Positions 22,715 through 34,090 of a stretch of DNA of 64,000 nt are shown in pieces. The stretch spans positions 64,001-128,000 of the forward strand of contig JBFWJC010000001.1 in NCBI GenBank assembly GCA_050253415.1, given 5' to 3'. This stretch comes from Pedobacter sp. Lineage in GTDB: Bacteria > Desulfobacterota > Desulfuromonadia > Desulfuromonadales > Syntrophotaleaceae. The notes under the pieces are model-generated. The model searched no databases, was not told the origin of the DNA, and saw only the letters and a program-made list of their open reading frames with translations. A program made the position numbers and the translations under genes. Numbering within the stretch: position 1 is the stretch's first letter; each line of letters starts with the position of its first letter.

Positions 22715-23685
22715 TTGCCACCTGCCTGTCCGTTGTCGGGTCGCGCACCGGTAAGGTGCAAAAACACCTCTTCGAGTCCGGGGCGTGCCGTTTCGATATC
22801 TCTCACCCCGATGCCGAGGTCGGTGATACGGCGCAATGCCGCACCGGCCCCTTGGCCTGTTTCGAGTGCCAGATGCAACACCTGGCCGGCGTCCCGCAGG
22901 GCGGGCTGCAAATCGTGCAGTTCCGCAGGCACCTCCAGCAGGGGCTCTTCCAGCGTTAGCTGCATATAGCGACCTTCGATGCGTTCAAGCAACCGGGACG
23001 TCTCTTCCAGGGCAATAAGTTCACCATGGTTCATGATGGCGATGCGACCACACATTTGTTCGGCTTCTTCCAGATAGTGGGTGGTCAACAACACGGTCAC
23101 GCCTTCGCGATTGATCTCCCGCACAAAATCCCACAGGTTGCGGCGCAACTCCACATCAACCCCGGCTGTCGGTTCGTCGAGGATCAGCAGGCGAGGCTTG
23201 TGAATCATCGCCTTAGCCACCATGAAGCGCCTTTTGAGGCCGCCGGACAGTTTATTCATCGATTTGTGCAGGTGAGGTCCGAGTCCAAGCTGCTCGATGA
23301 GCAATTCGCGCCAGGTATCGTCCTGCGGCACGCCGTAATAACCGGCATGGATCCGTAACGCACGATCGATGGTGAAGAAATTATCCGTGACGATTTCCTG
23401 ATGCATGACCCCTACCAGACGGCGGGTGATGCGCCGCTTGGCTTGGTTATCATGACCGAAAACCTGCACCTTTCCGCTATCGATACGGCATACGCCGCTG
23501 ATCATGTTGATGGTGGTACTTTTACCGGCGCCGTTAGGTCCCAAAAGGCCGAATATCTCCCCGGGAGATACGCTCAGTGACAGATCGCGCACTGCCGGCG
23601 TACCGGCGAAGGATTTATGCAGATGTTCGATATGGAGGGCTGAAATCATGACAGGCACTATAGCGCCAATCGGGATATGAATCAA
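22711..23685 (-). CDS. ABC transporter ATP-binding protein (YadG-like)
   Basis: Walker A GPNGAGKST, signature LSGG, ILDEPTAGVD and TTHYLEEAE. Confidence 0.93.
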   Translation of the reverse strand: MIHIPIGAIVPVMISALHIEHLHKSFAGTPAVRDLSLSVSPGEIFGLLGPNGAGKSTTINMISGVCRIDSGKVQVFGHDNQAKRRITRRLVGVMHQEIVTDNFFTIDRALRIHAGYYGVPQDDTWRELLIEQLGLGPHLHKSMNKLSGGLKRRFMVAKAMIHKPRLLILDEPTAGVDVELRRNLWDFVREINREGVTVLLTTHYLEEAEQMCGRIAIMNHGELIALEETSRLLERIEGRYMQLTLEEPLLEVPAELHDLQPALRDAGQVLHLALETGQGAGAALRRITDLGIGVRDIETARPGLEEVFLHLTGARPDNGQAGGK

Positions 23686-25304
23686 TGAGGCTCGGCACTT
23701 TGTCCCAGTCGCTGGGCAGTCTGCGCAAAAACCGTCTCCACCACAACATGGTTGCGCCCCCGCAGTTTAGCGCGGTACAGGGCCTGGTCGGCAAGCAGTA
23801 TCAGTTGCGCGGGCTCGCTGCCCATCTGGGGAAACACGGTCGCCACGCCGACACTGACCGTGACGACAGGTTTGACGAAAGAAGCGTGATGGGGAATATT
23901 GGCCCCGGCTACCGCTGCCCGGCATTTTTCGCCAAGGGCTAGAGCACCATCGTTGGTTTTTGGAAGGATCAGGGCGAACTCTTCCCCACCGTAGCGCGCC
24001 ACAAGGTCACCGGGACGAGCTGGAATGCTATTTAACACCTTTGCCACCTGACGCAAACAGTCGTCGCCCGCCAGATGTCCGTAATAATCGTTGTAAGCCT
24101 TGAATTGATCGATATCGATCATGATCAGACTCAGAGGCTGCCTATCCCGTATGGCGCGTTTCCATTCCTGATCGAGATGATCATCGAAATAACGGCGATT
24201 GGCAATGCCGGTCAATCCATCGGTCAGAGACAGGCTGGCCAGCTTGCGGTTGGCCTCATCGAGCTCGCTGGTGCGTCGCGACACCAACACCTCAACCGAA
24301 GCCGCATGCCGGGCCATTAAAATCAGGTAAAAAGGCACCGACAAACTGATAAGAATGCCGATCAGCACATACAACCAGGGAGCCATGCTCTGATAGCGGC
24401 TGAAATAGTCGACGACCGGTTCAGCCTGCAGCTGCCAATGTTTCTGCCCCGGGACCTTCACCTCTCGCTGGTAAGTAAAGACCGTCGGGGTAACCGCGCT
24501 TGCATCCCTGCGATAAACAAACAAGTCCTTGTTCTTATCAGGATGGCTATCCTCCACCAATCGCACTTCGGAGAGGGCCGGAAAATCGTTCCACCCGGCA
24601 CGCTGGAACATGGATGTATAGTCAAAAATACCGACGATAAATCCACGCAGACCGTCGCCGTGCGATAGGGTCCCGGATGCTTTGTCGGCAGAAACCGGCA
24701 GTATACCTAAAAACGTTTGCCGACTCCCGGCCAAGTCGGAAATTTTAAAATTGCCAAACACCTGAACAACCCCGGCATCCCGTGCGGCATCAAGCAACTT
24801 GAGGCATGCCGGATCGGCGGCAAGATCAAGCCCCAAATACGGAATAGCAGCCTGCTTCGGTTCCATAAAATAAAGGGGGAAATGCGCATGGCGACGACCG
24901 GCAATCACGCGCCGACCATCTGCAGCGATCTCGAAAAATTGGGCAGAGGAACTGTCAGCAGAAAGAGAGGTTTCAAACCTGCCCCGCTGATTTTCAGGCA
25001 CATGCGGGACCCAAGCCAAGGCATGAATATCGGGATGCCGCTGCAATGCCTCGGCCGCTACAGTAGCGAATTCCCTCTTTTCAACTTTTTCGGATCCCGT
25101 GAATAAGCTTTTCAAAGAGAAAAGCACTTCCAGGTTCAAACCGACCTCACGGTCAAGGGCCATGGCCCTGGCATCTACCTCACGCCGGAACTGCTCCATG
25201 AGTTGCTGTTTCTCAAGCGTCCGAAAACGCCAGGGCACCATCAAAGACACACACATGCCCAGCAACGCCACCATGACCACAAGGACTCTGAATGTCCTGC
25301 TCAT
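23682..25304 (-). CDS. CHASE-domain membrane diguanylate cyclase
   Basis: Two TM segments flank a CHASE-like domain (ALAWVP, LGLDL); [15 protein letters not shown]-site and GGEEF follow. Confidence 0.88.
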   Translation of the reverse strand: MSRTFRVLVVMVALLGMCVSLMVPWRFRTLEKQQLMEQFRREVDARAMALDREVGLNLEVLFSLKSLFTGSEKVEKREFATVAAEALQRHPDIHALAWVPHVPENQRGRFETSLSADSSSAQFFEIAADGRRVIAGRRHAHFPLYFMEPKQAAIPYLGLDLAADPACLKLLDAARDAGVVQVFGNFKISDLAGSRQTFLGILPVSADKASGTLSHGDGLRGFIVGIFDYTSMFQRAGWNDFPALSEVRLVEDSHPDKNKDLFVYRRDASAVTPTVFTYQREVKVPGQKHWQLQAEPVVDYFSRYQSMAPWLYVLIGILISLSVPFYLILMARHAASVEVLVSRRTSELDEANRKLASLSLTDGLTGIANRRYFDDHLDQEWKRAIRDRQPLSLIMIDIDQFKAYNDYYGHLAGDDCLRQVAKVLNSIPARPGDLVARYGGEEFALILPKTNDGALALGEKCRAAVAGANIPHHASFVKPVVTVSVGVATVFPQMGSEPAQLILLADQALYRAKLRGRNHVVVETVFAQTAQRLGQSAEPH

Positions 25305-26101
25305 TCCCCGCCCGCTTCCTCCGAGGGGACAACTCGGTTCCGCCTTGCACCAAAGCGCGAAACCAGAATGCCTATCTCATACAGCACCAGAAAAGGCACG
25401 GCAACCGATACCTGCGAAATGATATCGGGTGGCGTTAAAATCGCACCGACAACAAAAGCCACCAGAAAGATCAAGCGACGATGGTGGGCCAGCATGACGT
25501 GGTCGACAAGGCCCAGACGGGTGAGGAAAAAAATGATAATAGGAAGCTCGAAAATCAGCCCGAAAGCCAGCAACAGCCGGCAGGACAGGGAAAGATAAGC
25601 CCCCATGGAGAGCATGGCACTGATGTTGCCGACGTCCGTGCCATAGCTGACGAGAAAGCGAAACACCAAGGGGAAGACATAACCGAAGCCAAACCAGGTA
25701 CCGACACCAAAACAGGCGCAACTGGCCAGAACGAACGGCACGGCCAGGCGCTGTTCCCGTCGATACAATCCTGGTGCAACAAAGGCCCATATCTGCCAGA
25801 AGATCACCGGCAAAGACACCAACAGGCCGGCCATGGCAGACAGCTTGACATAGGTGAAAAAGGGCTCGGTAGCCTGGATGAATACCAGGGAACTTCCGGC
25901 TGGAAGCGCCTGACGCAAGGGAGCCGATACGGCCTGAAAGAGCTGTTGGGCAAAGGAATAACAGACCAGCGCACTGACCAACCAGGCCCCCCCTGCCACA
26001 ATCAGCCGGCGCCTCAACTCTTCAAGGTGGCCAACCAGGGGCTGCTCAACCATGGTCGGCGGGAGGCAACGGCTCATGGCGGTCTCGCTGGCTTTCGTCA
26101 C
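25301..26101 (-). CDS. tatC: Twin-arginine translocase subunit TatC (start uncertain)
   Basis: [26 protein letters not shown] and LYEI motifs. Confidence 0.95.
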   Translation of the reverse strand: MTKASETAMSRCLPPTMVEQPLVGHLEELRRRLIVAGGAWLVSALVCYSFAQQLFQAVSAPLRQALPAGSSLVFIQATEPFFTYVKLSAMAGLLVSLPVIFWQIWAFVAPGLYRREQRLAVPFVLASCACFGVGTWFGFGYVFPLVFRFLVSYGTDVGNISAMLSMGAYLSLSCRLLLAFGLIFELPIIIFFLTRLGLVDHVMLAHHRRLIFLVAFVVGAILTPPDIISQVSVAVPFLVLYEIGILVSRFGARRNRVVPSEEAGGE

Positions 26102-26315
26102 TCAGAGCCTCGGGATCTTTGCCTTGCTCAACAGGGTCTGCCTGTCGAGAAGGGTATTCGTCGGATGGCTCGTCATGAAAGTCGCGAGTGGCGCGTTTGA
26201 ATTCGGCCAGACCCTTGCCCAGGGCCCGGGCCAGTTCCGGCAGGCGTCGCGGACCGAGGATGATCAGGGCGAGAGCCAGAATAAGCAATAGTTCGGTGGG
26301 ACCGATATTAAACAT
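26046..26315 (-). CDS. tatB: Twin-arginine translocase subunit TatA/TatB
   Basis: [34 protein letters not shown]; the GP.RLP motif favours TatB. Confidence 0.85.
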   Translation of the reverse strand: MFNIGPTELLLILALALIILGPRRLPELARALGKGLAEFKRATRDFHDEPSDEYPSRQADPVEQGKDPEALSDESQRDRHEPLPPADHG

Positions 26316-26367
26316 GCATAAACCTCTTTATTATCAGGGGAAGTTACCGATTTTTCGATGCAACCTG

Positions 26368-26396
26368 ACAATAGCTGTAAACCATTCGACTGTCAA
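26368..26396 (-). promoter_or_regulatory. Sigma70 promoter of the tat operon
   Basis: Minus strand TTGACA-N17-TATTGT. Confidence 0.6.
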
Positions 26397-26418
26397 GCCG
26401 CTACAGACTCTTAACGGT

Positions 26419-26447
26419 TTGACAAATAAGGGATTTTACACTATTAT
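26419..26447 (+). promoter_or_regulatory. Sigma70 promoter of nadA
   Basis: TTGACA-N17-TATTAT, back-to-back with the tat promoter. Confidence 0.7.
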
Positions 26448-26493
26448 GCGCCCCATTATAACATCGTTTATCCCCTACCAAAGAGGACTATAA

Positions 26494-27408
26494 ATGAATT
26501 CGCAACAACTCAAGGACGAAATCCGCCGACTGGCCAAAGAGCGTAATGCCTTGATCATGGCACACTTTTACCAGCGCGACGAAATCCAGGAGATTGCCGA
26601 TGTCGCGGGAGATTCCCTCGCCATGGCCATCGAAGCGGCGCAAACCGACCGGCAGGTCATTGTGTTGTGTGGCGTACATTTTATGGCGGAAAGTGCCGCG
26701 ATCCTGGCACCGGGAAAAACCGTGCTGCTGCCCCGCACCGATGCCGGCTGCCCCATGGCCGACATGGTGGAGGTCGACAAGCTGCGCGAAATGAAAGCCC
26801 GCCTGCCCGGCCGCCCGGTAGTGACCTACGTCAATTCGAGCGCTGCGGTCAAAGCCGAAAGCGACATCTGCTGTACCAGCGCCAACGCCGTGGCGGTAGT
26901 CAACTCGCTTGACGCCGACGAAGTCATTCTGGTGCCGGACCGTAATCTCGGCCGTTACATTGCCGCCAATACCGACAAGAAGTGCTATTTCTGGGAAGGG
27001 TTCTGCCCGTTTCACGATCAGTTGCCCGAAGAGGACGTCCTGGCCGCCAAACAGGCACATCCGGATGCCCTGTTCCTGGCGCACCCCGAATGCCGCCCGC
27101 AGATCCTGGCCATGGCCGACTACGTCGCTTCGACAAGCGGCATGATCGATTATGTCCGCAACAGCCCGGTAAAAAAATTCATCCTTGGCACCGAAGAGGG
27201 CATCCTCTATCGACTGCGCAAAGAAAATCCCGACAAGCAGTTCATCATGCCCAACTCCCTGCTGTTCTGCAAAACCATGAAATATATCACCCTCGAAGAG
27301 GTGTTGCACTGTCTGCAAAACATGAGCCCCACAGTCACAGTCCCGACGGAGATCGCCGACGGCGCCCGCCAATCCCTGGAGCGCATGCTGGCCGTGCCGC
27401 GCGACTGA
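26494..27408 (+). CDS. nadA: Quinolinate synthase
   Basis: [33 protein letters not shown] and AHPEC motifs. Confidence 0.97.
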   Translation: MNSQQLKDEIRRLAKERNALIMAHFYQRDEIQEIADVAGDSLAMAIEAAQTDRQVIVLCGVHFMAESAAILAPGKTVLLPRTDAGCPMADMVEVDKLREMKARLPGRPVVTYVNSSAAVKAESDICCTSANAVAVVNSLDADEVILVPDRNLGRYIAANTDKKCYFWEGFCPFHDQLPEEDVLAAKQAHPDALFLAHPECRPQILAMADYVASTSGMIDYVRNSPVKKFILGTEEGILYRLRKENPDKQFIMPNSLLFCKTMKYITLEEVLHCLQNMSPTVTVPTEIADGARQSLERMLAVPRD

Positions 27409-27436
27409 CCATGTCGACAAACCATCACCAACAGGA

Positions 27437-27471
27437 CGGGGGCGCACTCGGATGCGCCCCCGCTCTTTTTT
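27437..27471 (+). terminator. Terminator after nadA, immediately before the mfd start
   Basis: CGGGGGCGCA-CTCGGA-TGCGCCCCCG followed by CTCTTTTTT. Confidence 0.7.
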
Positions 27472-27475
27472 AAGC

Positions 27476-30400
27476 ATGACACCTTCTGATCTGCATACGG
27501 AACTCCATCCGGCTCTCGAAGAATTTTCCGCCACCCTGAATGGCCTGCCCCATGCAGAATTGTCGGGTATGACCGGCACCAGCTGTGCGTTCGTATTGGC
27601 GCACCTGCTGGCCGAGCGCCCCGAACCGTTGCTGATTCTGGCGGCGGACCAGGAACAGGCCGCCCGGATGTCCGCCGACCTGGCGTTTTATCTGGGCCGC
27701 CCCGACCAGGTTTTCTACCTGCCTCACTGGGAAATGCGCCCTTACGAGGCGCTACTACCCCACCCCGCCATCGAAGCTGCGCGACTGGCCACGCTGGCCG
27801 CCCTGGCCGATGGCCGCGCGCGGGTTCTGATCATGACGGTACGATCCGCCATGCAGCGGGTCATGCCACGTCGCGTGCTGGCTTCGCTACGCGCCTGCCT
27901 GCGTGAAAAGGACCATTATCCGCGGGAATTCCTGCTGCCCCATCTTAGCGAGCTCGGTTATCACGCCGTGCCGCTGGTGGAGGACCCCGGCACATTTTCG
28001 GTGCGCGGCGACCTGATCGACCTGTATCCGCCGACCCTCAAGGAACCGGTACGCATCGAATTTTTCGGCGACCAGATCGAGCGCATGCGCCCCTTCGATC
28101 CAGTCACCCAGCGCTCTCGCGACCAGCACCTCGCATCACTGGAACTGCTGCCGGCGCGGGAAATGATCCTGGCCGGGCAACATCTCGAAACCTTTGCGCG
28201 TGCCCTTAAGCAGCGCGCCGATGCCCTCGGCATTGCCCGTCCTCAGCGGGAAGCCCTGCTTGAAGAAGCACGCGAGGGACTGCTCGGCCCAGGTCACAGC
28301 TTCCTCATGCCCCTGTGTTACGATGGCTTGGACAGTGTTTTTGACTACGCACCCACCGGACGCCTGGTGCGTCTCGATCCGCCGGCCATCGCCCAGGAGA
28401 CTGACCGCCTGCGCGACGAGATCAGCGAGGGAGAGGATCGTCTGGCGAAACACGGCGAACTGTTTGTCCCGGGAGAGACACTGTACCTGGGAAGTGACGA
28501 ACTTGACCGTCACCTGACCGGTCTGCCTCAACTCGACATCACCCTGCTGCGCCTCTACCATCTGGACCAACCCGCGACCCGCCTGGTCATGCGCACCGAA
28601 AGCAATGCGGATCTGCGCGGCCACCAGCAGCAGGATGGTGGCCTGGCCGCGCAACTGGCCGGGCGTCTGCACGCTTGGCAACAGGAAGGCTGGAGACTGC
28701 TGCTGGTCTGCCATCAGCAAGGCCAGGCCGAGAGGCTGCAATCCTTACTGGGCGGACGCGGTCTCGACCTGCCTCTGACCACAGACGTCGAAGTTTCCAC
28801 CGTGAAACCGGGGGTTCCCGTCATCACCCTGGGGGAACTGTCCGGCGGTTTCCGTCTACCCGACGAGCGGCTGGCGGTCATCACCGAAGAAGAGATTTTC
28901 GGTCGGCGTGCCCGCCGCCGCAGCGCCACCGCCGAAGCCCGCGCCAAAGCGCGCCTGTCTTCGCTGGCCGAACTGCGCGAAGGCGACCTGGTAGTGCATG
29001 CCGACCACGGCATCGGTCGCTACCAGGGCCTGTTGCACCTGCAGCTGCAAGGCAATGAAGGCGATTTTCTGCATCTGGAATATGCCGGCAAGGACCGCCT
29101 CTACCTGCCGGTGGAGCGTATCGAGAAGATTCAAAAATACGTCGGTGCCGAAGGGGGATCACCGCGCCTCGACCGTATGGGCGGCGGCGCCTGGGAAAAA
29201 GCCAAACTCAAAGCCCGCGCGGCGGTGGAGGAATTGGCCCGCGAGCTGTTGCAGATCTATGCCCGCCGCGAAATGCACGAAGGCTTTCACTACTCGCCGC
29301 CAGATGCCATGTTTCGCGAATTCGAGGCGGCCTTCCCCTACGAGGAAACCCCCGACCAGCTGGCCGCCATCAACGATGTTCTGGCCGACATGCAGGCCCA
29401 CCGGGCCATGGACAGGGTGATCTGCGGCGATGTTGGTTACGGTAAAACCGAAGTCGCCATTCGCGCCGCCTACAAAGCCGCACTGGATGGCAAACAGGTT
29501 GCCGTACTGGTGCCGACCACGGTGCTGGCCCGCCAGCACGGCCAGACCTTTGCCGAACGCCTGCAGGATGCACCCGTCACAGTCGCATCCCTGTCACGGC
29601 TGAACAGCACCGCAGAACAAAAACAGATCCTGCAACGGGCCGCCGACGGCAAGATCGACATCCTGATCGGAACCCACCGCCTGCTGCAACGCGACGTACG
29701 CTTCAAGGATCTGGGCCTGCTGATCGTCGACGAAGAGCAGCGCTTTGGAGTCACCCACAAGGAGCGGCTTAAAAAGCTGCGTGCCGAAGTCGATCTGCTG
29801 ACCCTGACCGCCACCCCCATTCCACGCACCCTGCACATGAGCCTGTTGGGACTGCGCGACCTGTCCGTCATTGATACCCCGCCTGTCGACCGACAGGTGA
29901 TCCGCACCTATGTCACCCGTTTCGATGATGACCTGATCCGTCAGGCCATCCTTAATGAACTGCGCCGTGGCGGCCAGGTATTTTTTGTACACAACCGGGT
30001 ACAAAACATCGGTGCCATGGCCGAGTTCCTCCAGACCCTGGTCCCCGAAGCCAAAATCGGGGTCGGCCACGGCCAGATGGGGGAAAAAGCTCTGGAAGCG
30101 GTGATGATGGATTTTGTCGAAGGCACCATCAATGTTCTGGTATGCAGTACCATTATCGAAAACGGCCTCGATATCCCGCGCGCCAACACCATCATCGTCA
30201 ATCGCGCCGACTGCTTCGGCCTGGCGCAACTTTACCAGTTGCGCGGCCGGGTCGGACGATCACACATGCGGGCTTACGCCTACCTGCTGATCCCCGGAGA
30301 AAGCACTCTCACCCACGAAGCCCGCGAACGTCTGCGAGTATTGTCCGAGCTGACCGAGTTGGGCGCCGGCTTTCGCATCGCCAGCCACGACCTGGAGCTG

Positions 30401-30961
30401 CGCGGTGCCGGTGACTTGCTCGGGCCCAAACAATCGGGGCAGATCGCCGCCATTGGTTTTGAGATGTATGCGGAATTGCTGGAAGACACCATCGCGGAAC
30501 TCAAGGGTCTGGAGAAAGAAAACCGCATCGATCCGGAAATCCGCCTCGGTCTGTCGGCCTTCCTGCCCGAAAAATACCTGCCCGACCCCAATCAGCGACT
30601 GGTATTTTACAAGCAGCTTGCCTCTGCCGAAGACGAGGAAACCCTCTATGAGCTGGCCGATGAACTGCGCGACCGCTTTGGCGAACTCCCCGACCCGACT
30701 CTGCTGTTGATAGAGGTTATGAAACTGCGGGTGCTGATGAAACAGGTACGCATCGTAGCCGCCGATTACGATGGCCACACGTTGACCCTGGCCTTTGCTC
30801 AGGACACGCCGGTTTCACCGGACAAAATTATCGCCCTACTGGAACAGGATGCAAAAAAATTCAGTTTTTCACCCGATTTCCGCCTGGGAATACGACTCGG
30901 CAGGCAACCTGGAGAAGTGGCTCTGGGCGAAGCCAAAAAAGCGTTGCAAGGCCTTATTTAG
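27476..30961 (+). CDS. mfd: Transcription-repair coupling factor
   Basis: UvrB-homology region, RID, FPYEETPDQ, GDVGYGKTEV, DEEQRFG, TATPIPRT, QLRGRVGR and TRCF C-terminus. Confidence 0.98.
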   Translation: MTPSDLHTELHPALEEFSATLNGLPHAELSGMTGTSCAFVLAHLLAERPEPLLILAADQEQAARMSADLAFYLGRPDQVFYLPHWEMRPYEALLPHPAIEAARLATLAALADGRARVLIMTVRSAMQRVMPRRVLASLRACLREKDHYPREFLLPHLSELGYHAVPLVEDPGTFSVRGDLIDLYPPTLKEPVRIEFFGDQIERMRPFDPVTQRSRDQHLASLELLPAREMILAGQHLETFARALKQRADALGIARPQREALLEEAREGLLGPGHSFLMPLCYDGLDSVFDYAPTGRLVRLDPPAIAQETDRLRDEISEGEDRLAKHGELFVPGETLYLGSDELDRHLTGLPQLDITLLRLYHLDQPATRLVMRTESNADLRGHQQQDGGLAAQLAGRLHAWQQEGWRLLLVCHQQGQAERLQSLLGGRGLDLPLTTDVEVSTVKPGVPVITLGELSGGFRLPDERLAVITEEEIFGRRARRRSATAEARAKARLSSLAELREGDLVVHADHGIGRYQGLLHLQLQGNEGDFLHLEYAGKDRLYLPVERIEKIQKYVGAEGGSPRLDRMGGGAWEKAKLKARAAVEELARELLQIYARREMHEGFHYSPPDAMFREFEAAFPYEETPDQLAAINDVLADMQAHRAMDRVICGDVGYGKTEVAIRAAYKAALDGKQVAVLVPTTVLARQHGQTFAERLQDAPVTVASLSRLNSTAEQKQILQRAADGKIDILIGTHRLLQRDVRFKDLGLLIVDEEQRFGVTHKERLKKLRAEVDLLTLTATPIPRTLHMSLLGLRDLSVIDTPPVDRQVIRTYVTRFDDDLIRQAILNELRRGGQVFFVHNRVQNIGAMAEFLQTLVPEAKIGVGHGQMGEKALEAVMMDFVEGTINVLVCSTIIENGLDIPRANTIIVNRADCFGLAQLYQLRGRVGRSHMRAYAYLLIPGESTLTHEARERLRVLSELTELGAGFRIASHDLELRGAGDLLGPKQSGQIAAIGFEMYAELLEDTIAELKGLEKENRIDPEIRLGLSAFLPEKYLPDPNQRLVFYKQLASAEDEETLYELADELRDRFGELPDPTLLLIEVMKLRVLMKQVRIVAADYDGHTLTLAFAQDTPVSPDKIIALLEQDAKKFSFSPDFRLGIRLGRQPGEVALGEAKKALQGLI

Positions 30962-31028
30962 CTATGTTAGGTTTGATAATTCAGCGATCCGGCAGCAGTC
31001 GGCTCGCCCTTTCAAGGAGTCACCCCTG

Positions 31029-31952
31029 ATGCCCCGCCGCGGGTTTACCACCATCATCCTACTACTGTTCCTATTGCTGCCGGCCTGCAAACACCAGGAG
31101 CAACTACCTGCCCAGGTCTTGTTGCGCGTCGATGGCCGGACCGTCTCGTTGGAGCAGTTTCAACACGATTTCGAGCAGATCCTGCCCAAGGACCGAACCC
31201 TTGCCAAGGACGAGGAACAAGCCCTGCGCCGCTCCTACCTTGCCCAGCGCATCGATCACGAATTACTCCTGGCCGAAGCGGAAAACCTTCAGATGAGGAT
31301 TCTCCCGAAGGAGATGCAGCAAGCTGTCGATAGATACCGCGAAAATTATCCCCCCGGCGATTTCGATCGTATGCTTAAGGAAAATGGCTTGACGGAAGAG
31401 GCCTGGAACAGGCTGCTGCAGGAAGAACTGCTGGTGGAAAAAGTCCTCAATCAGATGGTGCGGGAGCAGATCACCGTGGCTGAAGACGAAATCACCGCCT
31501 ACTTTGAATCCAACCGCGAGAATTTTTCCCGGACAGAACAGGTCAGGGCTCGCCAAATCACCGTCGCCACCGAAGCCGAGGGTCGCCAGATTCTGGAAAA
31601 GCTGCGTCAAGGCATGCCATTCAAGGAAGCCGCCCGCCGCTATTCTATTTCCCCGGAGGCTGAGCAGGAAGGCGATCTTGGTACTTTTGCCCGGGGCGAA
31701 ATGCCCGAAGCTTTTGACCAGGCAGTGTTCGATCTTCCGGCCGGACGCGTAAGCGATCTGGTCCAGACAGAATACGGCTACCATATTTTTCTTGTCGAGG
31801 AGCATCTTCCCGCGACGCAACCTGCATTGCAAACAGCCCGCGAAGATATCATCGCCACGTTGCGCCAACAAAAAGAAGAAAAACTGTACCAGGACTGCCT
31901 GCAGGCTCTGCGACAGGCGGCCACCATCGAGGTAGATTGGACATTACTATAA
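31029..31952 (+). CDS. PpiC-type peptidyl-prolyl isomerase, probable lipoprotein
   Basis: Lipobox LLPAC, SurA-like N-domain and parvulin motifs (GDLGTF, GYHIF). Confidence 0.85.
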   Translation: MPRRGFTTIILLLFLLLPACKHQEQLPAQVLLRVDGRTVSLEQFQHDFEQILPKDRTLAKDEEQALRRSYLAQRIDHELLLAEAENLQMRILPKEMQQAVDRYRENYPPGDFDRMLKENGLTEEAWNRLLQEELLVEKVLNQMVREQITVAEDEITAYFESNRENFSRTEQVRARQITVATEAEGRQILEKLRQGMPFKEAARRYSISPEAEQEGDLGTFARGEMPEAFDQAVFDLPAGRVSDLVQTEYGYHIFLVEEHLPATQPALQTAREDIIATLRQQKEEKLYQDCLQALRQAATIEVDWTLL

Positions 31953-31986
31953 ACTTTTTTCCAACCCCATGCGAGGAACGGCACCC

Positions 31987-32937
31987 ATGAAACGCTTTGT
32001 TCTGCTATCCGCCGTGCTGATGCTGGTATCCAGCCCTGTGTCGGCCGAAACCGTCAGCCGCATTGCCGCAATTGTCAATCAGGACGTCATAACGACGGCT
32101 CAACTCGACCGGGAAATCGAGCAAATGGTTTCTCCCGAAGCGATGGAGGCTGGTATCAGCCCTGTCCAGCGCGACGAACTGCGCCGCAAGGTTCTCGACA
32201 AAGTGATCGAGGACACCCTGCTTCGCCAGCGCATCGAGAAACTCGGCCTGCAAGTTTCGGATGAGGACATCGAACAGGCTATCAATGATGTTCAGGCCCA
32301 AAACAATATCAACCGCGAACAACTTATCGAAGCGTTGGCAGCCCAGGGCCTGACGTTTGACGTGTATCGGGAACGCCTGCGTCAGCAATTGCTCAATTTC
32401 AGGCTGATCGGCAGGGAAATCCAGGGCAAGGTCGAAATCACCAATACGGAAATGCGTGATTATTACCGGGCCCACCTGGAAGACTATCGCAATGCCCCCT
32501 ACATCCGCCTGAGCCGCATTACCTTCAGGCTCGCAGCAGGCAGTTCATCCGCCGAAATCGCCGACACCCGTGCCAAAGCGGAAGCAGCGCTGAGTCAATT
32601 GCGCCAGGGAAAGGACTTTTTTGAGGTCCTCATGCAGAATGCCTCCACCGCCGGGGTCGATGGCGGCGACATGGGACAGATCACCGAAGGAAGTCTGAGC
32701 GATAGCTTTAATCGGGCCATCGCCGATCTGACAACCGGCCAGACCTCTGGAATCATCGAAACCGCCGAGGGTTTTCATATCCTGCGGTTGGATGAACGCA
32801 ATGCCGGTGAGACGCAAACCTTTGAGACCGTCAAGGATCAGATCAAAAATAAAATGCTTGAGGAAAAACGTGCTGCAGCTCTTGCCGAGTGGACCAAAGA
32901 TCTCCGGGAAAGCGCCGACATAGAAATCCGCCTTTAA
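31987..32937 (+). CDS. surA: SurA-family periplasmic chaperone/PPIase
   Basis: Signal peptide, RIAAIVNQDVIT, parvulin GGDMG...GFHIL; located before pdxA. Confidence 0.8.
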   Translation: MKRFVLLSAVLMLVSSPVSAETVSRIAAIVNQDVITTAQLDREIEQMVSPEAMEAGISPVQRDELRRKVLDKVIEDTLLRQRIEKLGLQVSDEDIEQAINDVQAQNNINREQLIEALAAQGLTFDVYRERLRQQLLNFRLIGREIQGKVEITNTEMRDYYRAHLEDYRNAPYIRLSRITFRLAAGSSSAEIADTRAKAEAALSQLRQGKDFFEVLMQNASTAGVDGGDMGQITEGSLSDSFNRAIADLTTGQTSGIIETAEGFHILRLDERNAGETQTFETVKDQIKNKMLEEKRAAALAEWTKDLRESADIEIRL

Positions 32938-32971
32938 GCTCCGCACAGAATATTGCTCATCGGACCTTCTG

Positions 32972-33000
32972 AACCCCGCCCCTCGAGGCGGGGTTTTTTA
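32972..33000 (+). terminator. Rho-independent terminator after surA
   Basis: AACCCCGCC-CCTCGA-GGCGGGGTT followed by TTTT. Confidence 0.75.
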
Positions 33001-33067
33001 TAACCGTATTTACGGTTGTCGGAACCCGACTCCCGGCGTTATAATCATGGGTCACTTGGAGTCTACT

Positions 33068-34090
33068 ATGCAAAAGCCCCTAATCCTGACCATGGGCGAC
33101 CCGACCGGGGTCGGTCCCGAAATTATTGTCAAAGCCTGGCTGAACGGCGCATTCGAGAGGCTTGAAAGGCCGCTGCTGGTTGCCGGTGATACAGCGGTGC
33201 TGCAGCGGGCGGCGCGGTTGTTCCATGCCGACTGCCTGGTATGCGAAGCACCTGCCGGCGGCATGGCCAGTCACACGCTGCAAAACAAAGAGCGCAGCCT
33301 GCCAGTCCGTGCCTTGTCGAACCTGCCTGCAGAGCAACTGGCCTGGGGCCGACCGGACACCGCCTGCGGCCGGGCCATGCTGGATTACATCAACTGGGCC
33401 TGCGACCAATGCCTGGCTGGAAAAGCGGCGGCCATGGTCACCGGCCCCATCAACAAACAGGCGATACTGGCGGCGGGATGCGATGCACCCGGCCATACCG
33501 AACTGCTGGCCCGGCGCTGCGGCACCGACAAGGTGGTAATGATGCTCGGCGGGTCGCGCCTCAAGGTCTGTCTGGTGACCACCCATCTGGCGTTGAAAGA
33601 GGTTCCCGGCGCCCTGAATTGCGATGAAATCGTGGCCACTATCCGCATTGTCAACACGGCCTTTAAACGCTTTTTCGGTTGCCGCCGACCGCGCCTGGCG
33701 GTGCTGGCTCTCAACCCCCATGCCGGTGAAGGCGGCCGCTTCGGTGATGAGGAGGCCCGCATCATCGCTCCCGCCATCGCTGCAGCCCGCCAGCACGGCA
33801 TCGATGCCAGCGGACCTCACAGTGCCGACGCTCTGTTTCACTTTGCCGCCCGCGGCGACTACGATGCGGTCATCTGCATGTACCACGACCAGGGCCTGAT
33901 CCCGCTGAAGCTGTTGCATTTCGAGGATGGCGTCAATATTACCCTGGGACTGCCCATTATCCGCACATCGGTCGATCACGGCACCGCCTACGATCTGGCC
34001 GGCACCGGCCAGGCAAACAGCAGCAGCCTGGTCGCAGCCATGACCATGGCAACACACATGGCTCAAAAAGCAGTGCCTGGTGATTCGTGA
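33068..34090 (+). CDS. pdxA: 4-hydroxythreonine-4-phosphate dehydrogenase
   Basis: TMGDPTGVGPE, GHTELL, LNPHAGE, MYHDQGLIP and RTSVDHGTA motifs. Alternative start at 33047. Confidence 0.96.
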   Translation: MQKPLILTMGDPTGVGPEIIVKAWLNGAFERLERPLLVAGDTAVLQRAARLFHADCLVCEAPAGGMASHTLQNKERSLPVRALSNLPAEQLAWGRPDTACGRAMLDYINWACDQCLAGKAAAMVTGPINKQAILAAGCDAPGHTELLARRCGTDKVVMMLGGSRLKVCLVTTHLALKEVPGALNCDEIVATIRIVNTAFKRFFGCRRPRLAVLALNPHAGEGGRFGDEEARIIAPAIAAARQHGIDASGPHSADALFHFAARGDYDAVICMYHDQGLIPLKLLHFEDGVNITLGLPIIRTSVDHGTAYDLAGTGQANSSSLVAAMTMATHMAQKAVPGDS

